From Octopus bimaculoides (Eukaryota), in the NCBI RefSeq assembly GCF_001194135.2, contig NC_068983.1, positions 165,005,352 through 165,069,351 of the forward strand: a stretch of DNA of 64,000 nucleotides. Direction: 5' to 3'. A program made the translations under genes and the position numbers. Each line of letters starts with the position of its first letter. Position 1 is the first letter of the stretch. Below are positions 23,301 through 36,600 of the stretch, one piece after another. The notes below the pieces were generated by a model. It was given only the letters and a program-made list of their open reading frames with translations. It had not been told where the DNA came from and ran no database searches.

Positions 23301-24686
23301 ATAATTGTAATTGCCTTATCGCAGCTCCGTCAAGTACCTCTCTACTGCTGAGGCGGATCAATATTAATAAAAACCATTGGTGAATCAAACCGCCGTTGGA
23401 AAGGTTACTTCAAAGACTCTAAATGGAAACCTCAAAGATGATGGAATTTTCAATGAGGTCAACCTGGTGTATATTTTTCGACTTCTCTACGACGCACCAA
23501 CCGTTTACGATGTCCAATAGTTTGAGCAACAAATGTCAAACTAGTATGTCTGGTTGTCATGTCTATTATATTTTAAGGAACGCAAATATAACTAAGCTGA
23601 CCGTCACACATATCTTTTAACTTTTACTTGTTTCAGTCTTTGGTCAGAAACTGTGACGAGGCACCCACCTTGTAACTGCTTGCTCATGGAATTAAGCCGC
23701 AAGTGGTTAAGCCCTCCAGAAACACGCTTAGCCTAAGTATAGTTCTCGGAGACATTCAGCAAGGCACAGAGTGCAGCATGGCTGGCCCTTTGTATTGCAG
23801 GTATAACTCTTTTGTGCCAGCTGAGTGGACTGGAGCAATCTTTCTATAATTCTGAGGTGTTACATTATCCCTTAAAATTATCAATATATTCACCATCATC
23901 ATCATCGGTAGAATCAACATCATCGTTTTCATCATTATCTGGTTTAGCACCATCACGCGATCGTTTGGTGCAATTAGTCAATTAATCATTCTTGTAAGTA
24001 ATCGGGGAGGCACTTCTAGCTGTGGGTACTTTCTTATCACCAGTTACGGGCAATTAAAAAGCGCAATGGGTACTTTTACTTTAGCCTTAAGAAAAGTAAT
24101 CGTCTTTATCATTATCATCGCCATTGTCCACATGTTTTTCACTTCTTCCCGTTTTATTTTATTCCTCGTCTTCTTCTCTCCTCGCTTTAGATTATCTCTA
24201 ATCAAATTAAATGTTATTACGTCACAGATAATCAATTAGTTGCTTTCTTCAGAGAAGCTGATGAAGGCACCTAAACTCAAAACTTCGAGATCACTCTCAA
24301 CATTTCCCACCGTCTTAAATATATGCTAAGTCATTGCCTTATGTGTGTTTAGTGGTTTCTTGTTGAATTATTTTGTTCCGGAATTTATGTTCACTCTCCA
24401 CTCTTTTGTATTCGTACTTTTATACAGCTGTGTTGTTTGGATGTAAGAACATCGTATTGGGCATTATACCAACCAACTACAACAAATAGAATTGGAAGCA
24501 GTTTGGCAAGCACCGTTTACTCTAGAACTGCACATTCATTAAATTTATTTTTGGTTTAGATACGTTTTATTTTATGTGTTTTCTTTAATCGCTTAAATTC
24601 CGGCAATGTAGCGAAAGAACTAACAGGAGAGATTTATAAAGAATGCAAGATGGAGTCGGAGACGGGGAACGCAAGAGAGACATAGG

Positions 24687-24725
<39 letters not shown>

Positions 24726-25264
24726 NNNNNNNNNNCACACAGAAAGAGAGATAGAAGGGGAGAAGGAAAAAGTGAGAGGTGGTATAAAAGTGTAGAAGCT
24801 GTTTGGAGATAAACAGTAGAAATAAAATGAAGGGAGTTACAGGAGGAAATAAAAGAATCAAGGAATTACTAAACAGATCCCTGAAATCGCACTCTACCAT
24901 CATATATTTGTATGAGCTGAGGCTGAAGACCTCTACATCATAGCTAGATGAAGTAGAAATAACAACCAACTATCCCTCAATGAGGGAGCCGTCTGCGTGA
25001 TAGCTAGACGTAATAGAAATAAGTCAAATATCTCTGAAATCACATTCTATCGTTTTGGAGACGAGATGAAGAGGACAATGATACAAAGAATGACAGGTCG
25101 GTCATAGCTGGATCAATCTGTTAGATTGACCTAGGGTTAAACAACAAAGAGATGTTATTCGTGAGAAAAGAGAATTAGAAGAGAGAAATCAGATTTGATG
25201 TTTAGAATGTAACTTGAAAAGAGTTTTGTTTTTGTTTTTGTTTTTTTTTCAAAGACCTTTCAGA

Positions 25265-25510
25265 CTCATAGTGTTGGCAGCATCACTTTGGTTAGTGCAC
25301 GTCACACCGTATGGAGCATGGGCCCGGTTTCGCCATTTCTCTGGCGTTTCCATTCCTCCCTGGACAGGACGCCAGTCTATGGCAGGGTTAGTCGTTTTTG
25401 ACATCCGAGTAGACTGGAGCAATGTGAAAGGAAGTGTTTTGCTCAAGAACACAACTCCCGCTCCAGGAAGCGAAACTACAATTTTAGGATCACAAGCCCC
25501 CAACGCCTTA
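25265..25510 (-). mobile_element. SINE family C/V-like
   Basis: ggagcatgggcccggtttcgcc...ggacaggacgccagtc (V-domain-like)...gctcaagaacacaac...cgaaactaca...aaccactacaccacg. Confidence 0.7.
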
Positions 25511-25571
25511 ACCACTACACCACGTATCTTCACTGATAACTCTACCTTGATAACTTAAATTTAACACTAGC

Positions 25572-25712
25572 TGGTTGTGTGGTAAGAAGCTTACTTCCCA
25601 ACCACATGGTTCCGGGTCTAGTCCCACTGCGTGGCACCTTCGGCAAGTGTCTTCTACTATAGCCTCGGGCCGACCAAAGCCTTGTGAATGGATTTGGTAG
25701 ACGGAAGCTGAA
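25572..25712 (+). mobile_element. SINE family B (5' half)
   Basis: gtgtggtaagaagcttacttcccaaccacatggttccggg...gatttggtagacggaagctgaaa. Confidence 0.85.
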
Positions 25713-28106
25713 ATAATTTAATGATATTGTGTATCGAGGATGCAGCTCATACAGGCATATTTTAATGGCACAGAAAGATATGATTATAGAGGATCCGAAA
25801 CAAAAACAAATCTTGACACATCTATACAAACAAATAAGAAATCCCGAGGTTAAGTCTCTGTGCTGGCAGAAAAAGAAATTCTTATCACCGTCGGTTAAGA
25901 TGCAGATAAGACAACCTCTCTGGTTATAGGTCTTTCAGCGCCAATCTTCTGGCCATAATAGTAATTTCTCCAACTGTTATATTTGCAGAGTTCTCAAATC
26001 CTAATTGGTAATAATGAACACACTGTAGTTTCTCAGCTGACTATTTCCATCCAATGGCCCTCTACATATGTGGTGTTCCTTATCACCCGGCACCAAGCGC
26101 CACTCAATCTTTTTTTTTCCCCATCTGAACGTAGGAAATAAATGCTGAGAAAAGACGGAAGAAAAGCGTGTGAGATCGTTTAACGTCGATGTCGTTAACG
26201 AATGAAATTAAAGTCGAAAGGAAGTAGTTTACCGGAATCAGAACTGTTTTGCAGTCTTGTTTATTATATTAGTCCACGTCCGACGAATGAAAGAGGGCTG
26301 ACAAAATCTGCGCGGATGCCTATTGCATAGATTGTCTCTGTAATTGAAACGGTTTGTCATGTCAAATATTGTGTCATTTTTCTGTAGAGGTTTAAAGGAA
26401 CGATACAATCGTCTGTGGAATACTTGACAACTCAAACGATAATAGCATTAAGAATTTCTCTTCTTTGTTATCAAAATGGGTGGAGAAAAGAACGAGTTTA
26501 TTAAAGTGAAACTTTATTTTCAGCAGTGAATGATTGTATATTTTGGTGGATGATACAATGAAGGAGACAGCAAAATATGTGAAGTTACTTAGTTTGCATT
26601 CTGCCGTGTTGACATTTTGCTCGAAAATTTAGATATAAGGCCAGAAATCTATTGGAGGGGTTTGATACAGACCCACAACCTGACAAGTACTATATTTTAT
26701 CAACCACGAGAGGATGAAAAGCAAAGTTGACGTTGGTCGCATTTGAACGCAAAATGTAAAGAGCTTGGAGAAGTACGACAAAGCTTCTGCGGCTGACTTT
26801 AAAAATGCAAGAAATATTCCTTTCTAAAAATTGACCTTCTGTGAACTCTATCAAAAGTAATGAATGAATATATACAAAACGGCGATCCATAAAATATTCC
26901 ATAAAATCTTATATTATGGAATTAATAACATAGGCTGTCAAGACAAGTAAAGAAGAAAACATGTCGATAACTAATTTCCCAGTTGTTATTACAATCGCGT
27001 CCTGTAGTTAGAACGATACCACGCAACACTGTTGTGCTTTTGTAATCAGTAAGCTTATATTATATCAACCGAAGTTTGTAAATTAAATTAAATTTATAAA
27101 CAATAGAATATATGTATCGTAACACAGATCGTTAACTGTAGTCGGGGAATTATCATCTCACTAATGTCTCTGGAATGAAATTGCCATTATTTTCAAACAT
27201 CCCTCTATAGGAAAATCTGTAAAATGTTTTTCATAAACCTGAAATATTTCAGCAAAATCTTTAAGTATTAATTTCGTTAAAAGTTGAAAATTCATTAAAC
27301 GCACATTGATTCCTCTATTTTAAAGTTTTCCCTCGTGTTAGATGTGCATAAATAAATGTTCCAAACAAACATTACATATATATTAAAGAATATATATATA
27401 TATATATATTAAAGAATATAATCTCAAATTGTTCGAATTAAACACTAGAAACTATTTAGATCTTTGCATTATTACAGAAATATTCAATAGTGTCCGAAAC
27501 ATAAATAACATCTTCATTTATCTCAGAATAAACCAATCGTTGAGTTACGTAAATACCACCACAAATAAGACTTTGGGTTCAATATATTATTAAAAGAGAT
27601 AAATCGAGCACTGGAGTCTTTATTTATTCGTTCGAAACTGATAATTAACTTCCATTTTTACTCAAAGATATTCATCCTGTGTGACCCTACGGGTACCCAG
27701 TAAGAAGTCAGTTCCATCTTATTTTTATTGTTTAGCACGTACGGAACAACACTGATTAGTTACTGGGTGAAGCAACAACTGAGAGCGAGTATATTACAGT
27801 GCTTATACATTATATATATATATATATATATNNNNNNNNNNNNNNNNNNNNNNNNNNNNNNNNNNNNNNNNNNNNNNNNNNNNNNNNNNNNNCGCAGGTG
27901 TTATTCAAATCTTTGTATTTCCGACATATGTTTCGAAGAAAACATTTGTATTATAGGCTCTTACATCGTTGGTGCTTGTGTGAACTTTTGCTACCCTGGT
28001 AACTATTTTTTTCCCCGTGTTATTTGTAAACATTGAAAAATACACACACACATATATATATACATATAAAGAAAGAGAGAGATTAGAACTTGGGCAGGTA
28101 GAAGAA

Positions 28107-28490
28107 TAAATGTAAGGGCAAGCAAGTTAGTCAAGTCGATATTCAAAAAATACATTTAATACAAAGAATGTACATAGGTATACATATAAAAGAAGTCCAA
28201 CTTACACAGAATGGAAATGATATCAGGAATTAAGGCGTTGGGTAGGAGTATTACGAGTCCAACAGCTGTTTCTGGGGCTTGGTAGTCCAAAACAATGTTT
28301 GTAACTTGATCAGAAACAGCTGTTGGACTCGCAAAACTCCTACCCAACCCCCTTAATTCCTGATATCATTTCCATTCTGTGTAAGTCGGACTTCTTTTAC
28401 TTGTATACATATCTACATTCTTTCTATTAAACGTATTAAACATTTTTTTATATATATCGACTTGACTAACTTGCTTGGCCTTTCATTTAC
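28107..28490. mobile_element. Foldback element with ~170-bp arms and 36-nt spacer
   Basis: 28107-28274 is the reverse complement of 28311-28490 with scattered mismatches; each arm begins CAGAAACAGCTGTTGGACTC. Confidence 0.85.
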
Positions 28491-28505
28491 TCATGTTTAT
28501 ATATG

Positions 28506-28556
<51 letters not shown>

Positions 28557-29124
28557 ATACTTTTTACAGCCTTCAGGCAGCTTTTCAAGTCTTCTATTCG
28601 GGGATTTTATTGTAGCACAATATTTACATGCATATTCAGAGCTTCAGCTAATTCGATCTCCGCCGGCGAAAGACAAAATGATACACATACACACACATTA
28701 TATAAGGATTACTCAATAAATTTTAGGAGTACATATTTATTACATTTTTACCAGGAGAATTGTCACAGTGACTGAAGTTTCGATCTACTAGCCTTCATCT
28801 AACTGTGGTACGCCCGAGTTCATTTTGTCCTTATATAGTGACTTGTGTGATTTTTCTCGGGTAGATGAAGCTATTTCGTATGATAATTAGGTTGTCATGT
28901 AAGTTCTGATGGAAAGATATTGCAGAAGGTTTTCTTTATTAATAAAGTTGGATTTGTTTCATGCTTCAGAGTTTGGTCGTGCGTGTACAACCTTTTAATA
29001 AAGTGTGTCTGCTTCAGATATTGAGTTGGCCAGCAGATGTGTAACTGGCTTTAATTATTGATGAAGTTTGAACACTGGGAGATTTAGCCTGTTTGTTTTG
29101 GGAAAACTGGGATTATTGTATAGA

Positions 29125-29270
29125 GTTCAGTCAAGAAAATTTACTTACAAGGTATTGGTAGGCCCAGGACTATCGTAGAAGATTCTTGGCCAAGGTTCCG
29201 AGTATTGAGATTGAACCCGAAACTATGTGGCAGTAAAACGGGTTTCTTAACCACATAGTCATGGTCACGT
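29125..29270 (-). mobile_element. SINE family B (degenerate)
   Basis: Reverse complement of head and core (ttaaccacatagtcatg; tgaacccgaaactatgtgg; ccaaggttcc). Confidence 0.6.
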
Positions 29271-29417
29271 CTATAGGCCCCGTATTATAATCAGTCGCTA
29301 GAATGTGTTAAAAATAACGAGTGAATGCGTGTTCGTATCATTTTCAAATTTGTTCATCCTTATCACAAGATCTAAAATTTAAATCTTGCGTTAAGGAGAC
29401 ACATGCTCGAATTTTTA

Positions 29418-29457
<40 letters not shown>

Positions 29458-29469
29458 NNNNNNNNNNAC

Positions 29470-29641
29470 ACAAAAAAAAATAACAAAAAAACAACAAAGT
29501 GAGGACGTGATACGGATAGTGTTATTGGACGCTTAGAAAAGGAAAGAGTACGACGTTTCGGGCGGAGCCCTTCGTCGGAAAGTTTAAAGAATGGGAAAAC
29601 GGAGGAAGAGAAAAATGGCACCGATGCCCACGAGGTTACAT
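29470..29641 (-). mobile_element. PLE-tail-like short repeat with hammerhead core
   Basis: Reverse strand CCGACGA-A-GGGC-tcc-GCCC-GAAA-CG-TC at 29578-29552; TA repeats at both flanks. Confidence 0.6.
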
Positions 29642-30699
29642 TATATATATATAGATAGAGAGAGAGAGAGAGATCTGTCGTTTCCTAACGTACGTGCCTC
29701 TACTGTATATTATATATCTTCAACTCTAGTTTAAAAGATGCACTGATAAATTGCAACCTGGACAAAATATGGAGACAAGAGGAACACTTTAGTCTAACTT
29801 TTCATGTTTCGTTGAATTTTATATATGCAGATTTAAATGCTTTCCGAAATAAACATACACTTCATTATTGTGGTTCCGAAGAACTTGTCTGATGTCGCAC
29901 GAGCACACAGCTCTCGGTGCATTGATTCTTATAGCAGAAACAGTTATAAGTTAATGAAGTTGATTTCGTAATTTCCATTCTCTTGTCATTTATTAATTAG
30001 CAGATATGTATGTATGCACGTATATAATGTATGCTTGCTTTAATTAACAGTGCGTATGCTTGGACACTTTTGTTATTCACTGACTCACATTCACTTAAGC
30101 AACCCCTACACACTTTTTCCTCCTTCGCCTCTTATAACCATTCTTATGATAGATCCCACATCAATCACTACAGTTCCTAGTTCTTTCTTTACGTGTAATA
30201 AAAGCGTCTGATGCAGAGGTATGTGAGAAAGAGAGGGGTTAAAATAGTAGATTTCATAGAAAACGAGAGGAGATGCATTGGTTTCAGTGTTGGCCTTTCC
30301 CGAAGAATTGACAAAGACGTTGCTATCATGTAATTAGTAAGATCGGAACGAAATAAAAATACTACGGAACTATAGAACACAAGAAAGAAACAAGGTAGTA
30401 CAGCTTACCAAAGAGAAGAAGTACTATTACAATAATAAAACTGATGGAAACCATTATACCACCCACTCATTCAAGAAAACACACAGCCACAACAGATGTA
30501 TAAGCGTGTAGCTTGAGCACCACACCTATCAACAAACAGAATAAATACAGATTCGAGTTTGCATTGAGTAAAAGAAAATAGGTGAGCAAAATCAATGAAC
30601 AAGGATCAATGTCAATACATAAACTACAAAACGAATAAACTGTTCTCTTCAAAAGAATAAATACATGTATAAGTCCCCTGCAAAAACATCAGAGCACAG

Positions 30700-31650
30700 C
30701 AACAAGTTTCAGCAAATATCGACAGATTGAATAACTTGATTTATTCCGTCGCTGTATTCGTATCCAAGGAAATCAGGTTTGATCCAAATAGAGTTTGATC
30801 CTCAATCAAACAGCCCCCAAACTCGTCAAATGGAAAGAAAGTGTTATTCAGGAAACTGGGGAAAAGAGAAGACATCTTTACTTAACTAAATCGGCAGAAA
30901 TAACAAAAATGTACAGCATCGATAAGAAACACTGTCTGGAAACCAAAGAAAATCTTAAAGAAATCCTAACTGCTAAACATGGAATACGAGACATTGAAAA
31001 CTCGATCTCTCCTGCCGTGATAATAAAGTGCTTCTATCAAATACATCAACAATAGAAACACAAGAATGGAGGTCACTGAAACAACCAATGAAAATTAAAA
31101 CATGCTAAGAATGGAAATAGATTTCAAGCAATCACCATGCTACAAAAGTATAATGGACCAAAAAGGAAGAGGAAAACTTATAGTAGAACTGCATGGATAG
31201 CAAACCATAGATGACGAGGGACTCCTCAATACACTGGCCACTGCAACCAACTAGAAAACCGAAGAGTTTAATTTCTAGAAAGCCGAAGTTTGATAAAGAT
31301 CTAAATTTGTGTCTTCGGCACTTGATCATTACACGTTATATTGTAGCAACATTCAGCTACATAATAAATTAATCCGAAGGATCTCAACAGATGACTGACA
31401 ACCGGAGTGGAAAATCAAAAAAATACAAGACACCTAATCAAATTATAGTCTTCTCACATATTTACCCACAACATACACAACTCTTGCATTGATAGTCTAC
31501 AACAGACTGGTTACTCACCTAGAGAGAAGTATCATAGATTACTAGAGGCGCAGAGATTCTGCTGGGAAAACATGGATGGTTATAAATAGAAGCCATTGGT
31601 GGATCTAGTTGTAAGAGAAGACCATGAAAGTAAAACGAATTTTAGCAGAG
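30700..31650 (+). mobile_element. Highly degenerate R4/Dong-like LINE (pre-RT/RT start)
   Basis: A-rich strand; ETKENLKEILTAKHGIRDIE, KPKFDKDLNLCLRHL and DT*SNYSLLTYLPTTYTTLALIVYNRLVTHLE resemble LKQK..AK..R.R.YE, KAPG.D and NYRPITCLPT.YK..T.I...R...HL. Confidence 0.55.
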
Positions 31651-31879
31651 CCGGGATTGACAACAGAAAAGTATTTTGTTTTGAGAGCATTTTACGCATA
31701 TTTCCATTACGAGTATTTTTTACAAGTATTTTCGTTGACTGAAAATACTCTAGATTCCCAGTTAATGAAACACGTCAGCCATGACTTATCAAAATGGAAG
31801 ACAACAATAGCACTACAAAGTATAAAAAAGTATTTGATATCATCCCTGTCTTTTAAGTGCCATGTCCAAAATATAGAAT

Positions 31880-32260
31880 ACAAGCGATCATGTCCTGTCA
31901 CAATTCTCTGGTCTTTTATTTTTCTGTAACAGTTCCACTTCCTAATGTTTGATGCCTCTTTCTTCCAATTCCTCAATCTTGACGCCCATATCATCCTTCT
32001 ACTTCTTGTCCATTCAATCTTCCTAATCATCACTAAATTCTCCAAGCCCTCTTCCAAGAAATTTTAGTTACTTGGCCCTTATCTCACGAAGCAGTTTCCC
32101 ATTTACTGCAACCTGGCGCATCGCTACTTCATTAGACACTTTGTCCATGCTGTCCTCAATATTCTCCTTAAGAACCTCATTTCACAGTTCCCGAAGTGCT
32201 TTCATTTCTAATATTATAGACCATGCTTCACTTAACATTAACATTCCATTGGGAAAAGAA
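31880..32260 (-). mobile_element. RTE-clade LINE 3' ORF fragment
   Basis: Frameshifted LSEAWSIILEMKALREL / EMRFLRRILRTAWT / KVSNEVAMRQ...KLLREIRAK*LKFLG / EEGLENLVMIRKIEWTRSR; RTE C-terminal pattern. Confidence 0.8.
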
Positions 32261-32294
32261 TGTTCCATAGATTCTGAATATTCGCCAACAACTA

Positions 32295-32456
32295 GCGTAG
32301 GCGTAGCTGTGTGGTAAGTAGCTTGCTTACCAACCACATGGTTCCGGGTTCATTCCCACTGCGTGGCACCTTGGGCAAGTGTCTTCTACTACAGCCTCGG
32401 GCCGACCAAATCCTTGTGAGTGGATTTGGTAGACGGAAACTCAAAGAAGCCCGTCG

Positions 32457-32489
<33 letters not shown>

Positions 32490-32681
32490 CACCCCAGCAT
32501 CGCTTGACAACCGATGGTGGTGTGTTTACGTCCCCGTAACCTAGCGGTTCAGCAAAAGAGACCGACAGAATAAGTATTATGCTTCCAAAGAATAAGTCCT
32601 GGGGTCGATTTGCTCGATTAAAAGGTGGTGCTCCAGCATGACCGCAGTCAAAAGCCTGAAACAAGTAAAAGAGTAAAAGAG
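32295..32681 (+). mobile_element. Full-length SINE family B
   Basis: tRNA-like head, ggcaccttgggcaagtgtcttctact...gacggaaact(c/g)aaagaagcccgtcg core (Meta-domain-like, tentative), internal (TG)n, tail ...gaaacaagtaaaagagtaaaagag. Confidence 0.9.
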
Positions 32682-32969
32682 GAAAAAACTATTCTGTTGA
32701 ATGAAACCGCCACAAGTTATAGATGCTATGGACAAATTGTCAACCATTTTCTCTGTATATTTACAAGGGGAAAAAATGTTTAATTGTTCATAAATTCAGC
32801 AGGGAATACTTGATTAGATATAAGAGGTAAATTAACTAAAACTGGGAACATTGAAATATGAAGAGATATCGAAATCATACAAATGTTCAGAATTAGACGA
32901 AGCTGATTACATGAATTCAAAGGAAAAATCAGGGAAGTGTTCAAACTTGTAATGTTAGAATGACGTACG

Positions 32970-33824
32970 TACGACGTACGTCCAAAAAAGTATCCGAACT
33001 TTAGGCATAAAAAAAAACAATAATTTTGTTCCCACACTTCTTCCAGCGGTTAAACCACAGCTGGTAACAACTCTGGGACTCCTTCTCTGGAATGTCATGG
33101 GGCTCCGTCGTTGCCTTTCTTATAATTTCCTCGCGCCACTCAAATTGCGTCCCCTTCAATGTGTTTTTCAGTTTAACGAAGAGCCAGAAATCGCACGGTG
33201 CCAAATTGGGAGAATGGGGAAACCTGTCGAACAAGCGGTGTGTTGTTCTGACGGTGAAAACTTGGATTATGTGGTGCGTTGAAAATGTTCCGGCTTTATT
33301 TCTTCGCCGACAATCTCCGAATGCACAGATACACCGTTAAAATGGAATGTGATTATTCCCGCTTTGTGACTAATTTCGTGAATTGTTACACGACTATTCA
33401 CCGAACCTTCTCAATCAGTTCCCCGCTTCGGCTTGTAGATGGCCTGACCTGAGTATGACTCGCCCTCCAATGAGGTGCGGCCATGTTTGAAGTGGTTGGA
33501 CCACTCCTTGATTTGAGGTGCCCATGGCATTATTGCCAAAGGCAATGGATCGTTTAAGCTTGAATATCACCAAGCATTTGGCAAAACTTGATGCAATATC
33601 TCTGCTCGATGCGTTCGCTCATCTTGGGTGAAAATCCGATGAATGCGCAAGACACGTCTGTACTCTGGGCTTGACAGCCGATAACTGGCGCAGCCTGCCG
33701 TCGTGAAGACTTCCTTGCATGCGCAGGAAGAGTGGTGTCACCTCCCCCGCAAAGGATTTTGTTCATATTGTAATAGTTTTGGCAGGAAAGAATAAAGTCC
33801 GGTACTTTTTGAACGTACCTCGTA
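32970..33824 (-). mobile_element. Internally deleted mariner element
   Basis: TIRs tacgacgtacgtccaaaaaagtatccgaact / agtccggtactttttgaacgtacctcgta; N-terminus MSERIEQRYCIKFCQMLG and C-terminus HSPNLAPCDFWLFVKLKNTLKGTQF...WFNRWKKC. Confidence 0.9.
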
Positions 33825-34524
33825 ACATTGGATGCTTAAATACCTTGGCTACCATCATTATTTCAACTGTTTGTTTCGGTTTTACTGCTGTTATTACTGG
33901 TGTCATCCAAGATATTCCTTAAATTATTCGAAATAATATTTTTTTTTAATGCTCATTTTATAGTATTTAACTCATTTTAATTATCGTATTGCTGCAAGTG
34001 TTCGTTCTGTGATGCAATGTTCTTTATGCACCGCTGCAAGATTTAAGCTTATTTCTTTTTGTTTTCTTGTTTGGGGAGCGTATCGTGTTCGTCTTTTGGA
34101 TATTTTGATGTGAACTGTTAACAAGTGAAAATAATATTTTGAATTTGTAAAGACAAACTTTATTTATTTATTGCCTACACTCGATTCTTGGGAGCAGATA
34201 TCCAGGCCTAGCTAGAATCGTTATTGGCAAGTACTCCAAAGAAAAACACAAGAATATTTTTAGTAGTGCTTGAAATAAGTCTTGGTCTGAGTAAAGAAAA
34301 AACATCCACACGGCGCCGGGCAACCCTGCTGCTGCTACTATTACTACTGCTAATAATAATAATCATTTATTGCAGCGATGGCATTTTAATGCATATCATA
34401 AAGGTGTACAGAGAAGTTACAAAAGTGTTCAGAAATGGACAAAGCAAATTCATATTAAAGCGACGGGGTGGGGGGGTCACAGGTTATTCAACACACACAC
34501 ACACATTATATATATATATATATA

Positions 34525-34721
34525 CTTTATTTAAAGGCAGCAGAAATATAACAAAAAACCGTTACTCTGAGTTTCACGTTCCCATTCATCGGACAGTTTT
34601 GTTAGAAATCTAACAAAATTGTCCGATGAACGGGAACGTGAAACTNNNNNNNNNNNNNNNNNNNNNNNNNNNNNNNNNNNNNNTTTTTTTTTTTTGTTAT
34701 ATTTCTGCTGCTTTTAAATAA
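34525..34721. mobile_element. Foldback element with a hammerhead fold in each arm (gap 34646-34683 in right arm)
   Basis: Centre gttag-aaat-ctaac; arms complementary out to ctttatttaaaggcagcagaaatataacaa / ttgttatatttctgctgcttttaaataaag; left flank (TA)n. Confidence 0.85.
34552..34601 (-). ncRNA. Type-I hammerhead ribozyme-like motif (U4C variant)
   Basis: CAAAACTGT-CCGATGA-ATG(GGAA)CGT-GAAA-CTC(A)GAG-TA-ACGGTTTT: 8-bp stem I, 3-bp stem II with tetraloop, canonical junction spacing, GUA cleavage triplet. Confidence 0.7.
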
Positions 34722-34818
34722 AGCATATTACTCTACCTCTGGTATTTGAGTACTCTTTTTTCCACCTTGTTGCACATTTCATGTGCTTACTCCGGTATAT
34801 ATATATAAATATATATAT

Positions 34819-34990
34819 GGGAGAATGTACGAAAAAAAACAACAGACGAGGACAGGTGGTGTAAACAACAAAAGGGTGTATTAGTATGACGCTCGGGAAT
34901 ACGGAAATTCTTTAACGTTTCGAGCTACGCTCTTCAACAGAAATAATACGGAGAAAACTAGGAGAAAAACAAGGAGAAAAAAAGGGAATA
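34819..34990 (-). mobile_element. Short PLE-tail repeat (family of 9790-9983)
   Basis: Shares gacgaggacaggtggtgtaaacaac...ttagtatgacgctcgggaa; HHR-like TTT-CTGTTGA-A-GAGC-gta-GCTC-GAAA-CG-TT-AAA at 34943-34911. Confidence 0.7.
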
Positions 34991-35099
34991 GTCACCGGTC
35001 AACGTTTGGAACAATAAAGCTCCTAAATTAATCTTTATTCTCAAGCTAACGCAACCTCGCCTTTAAGATGTCAAGTCGAGATGACCTTATACTGCCTCT

Positions 35100-36600
35100 T
35101 TTATAATGGTCTGCTTACGTTTCTTAAGACTCACCTGCCAGAATTTGACCGTTATTGTACCCGAGTTCTTTGTCGTCGGAATTGCAGCAATGACGTATAC
35201 AAGTTGTGTATTAGTTTTATCCTCGTGTTGCTTACATGATATCGAAACACATAGCAATACAGTTCACATACGTCATACACACGTCACAGCTTCGAGACAA
35301 TGACGCTGAACATTAACACACTACCATCAAATTGCCATCATAGCGCAGAACCTGAAGACCATTCTACATCTTGAAGGTATCTCTAGAACAGCTTGGAAAC
35401 ATTGATAAAGATGAATTCGAAGACGCTATTCTTCCAAAAGAAATATAACTGTCTGATGTGCAGACACGAAAAACCATAGAGTTTAACCCACCAGGCACTC
35501 ATCGTATTTGGATCATCGTTACACTCGAAGGCACCTTTGGGCATTTTTTGCATCCTTCAGGACAAAAATATATCCAGCGTCTTTTGTTGTTGTGCAAACC
35601 CATTGTTCTGATATTCAATATCTTCGTAACAGTTGTGCTTCGTGTAATACACCGTCGTTATTTTTTACATTCTAGAGCACCAAGCTTTGATTTTAGGCCT
35701 ACGTTGCTTCATGGCACACTTATAAACCTCATGTCACCCCGTGTAGGGGGAGTCTTGTCTTCATTTATCGTGCCACTTTCTTTTCGCTCAGTAATTTTCA
35801 TTTGTCTTTCCTTTCTTTTGTCTCCTACTTTCTTCTTTTCGTCTATTTCTTCTTTACTCTTTTCTTCCTCCCCATTGTCACAACAGAATGGTATGGCACT
35901 ACAGGCTGTGGTTGGAGAGGGGACTCATCGTCGTCAAATTTCGATCTCGAAGATGAGAAGTTGCATTCGATGATGAATTAGGTGGGGATGCTGAAAAAGC
36001 AAACTCCAAGACTTGTTTCTGGTTTTGCTGCTCCTTCTTGTCACGCTTTCCCTTCATCAGTCATTCCGCTTCCTCGGAGTGTACTTCCACCTCGGGTGTC
36101 AGCCGCCGTTTCTTCTTTGCACTCCTACGTTTCATAGCTTTTGTTTCTAAACCTGTAATGGAAATACAGCCCTGGGATTACAATGTGGATTTCAAGACCA
36201 TTATTGCTAGTATGTTCATCTTGACCACTTCCGCCTACATATTTTTAGTTCCTCCTGCAGCCATCACCTAGCAAGGTTTTCCTACAAAAGGTAAGAATCC
36301 ATATTACTGCAAACAGCTCTGACAATGAGAGATTTGTTCTTTTTTGGTCCATCCATTTCGATATAAAACAGATGTTTGGTGGATCAATTCGACCTGGGGG
36401 CTCAATTTATTCTGAGTTTTGATAGACAGACACTGCGTTTAATCGTGCTCCGAAAGATGCAAATCATGTCATCCTACGCATTAGCAGGGCCTCCTTCAAT
36501 TTTTAAGCCACACTGAATATTTCTCCACCTTTCCCACCGCATTTTCTTAGCTACCATGCCTCCTTCTCAGATTGGATTTGTTCCAAGAAAAAAACATGCC
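35100..36600 (-). mobile_element. Possible very old L1/Tx1-like LINE relic
   Basis: Weak knuckle-like FCRK..LAR near 36280, purine-rich spacer, and KILNIRTMGLHNNKRRWIYF resembling an APE start; many stops. Confidence 0.25.

Noticed and set aside
23330-23530. Possible Helitron helicase relic on minus strand (FPFRVFEVTFPTAV)
   Set aside because: Similarity too weak and requires several frameshifts
24258-24285. CUGAUGA-A-GGC...AAAAC
   Set aside because: No stem II pairing and GAAA mutated
28770-28808. Minus-strand AGAUGA-A-GGCUAGUAGAUC-GAAACUU, with a possible PLE ORF end at 28810-29120
   Set aside because: Core 5' box broken, stem II weak, upstream translation unconvincing
35458-35973. 171-aa plus-strand ORF
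   Set aside because: Phe/Leu/Ser-rich antisense read of a purine-rich relic; no recognisable domain
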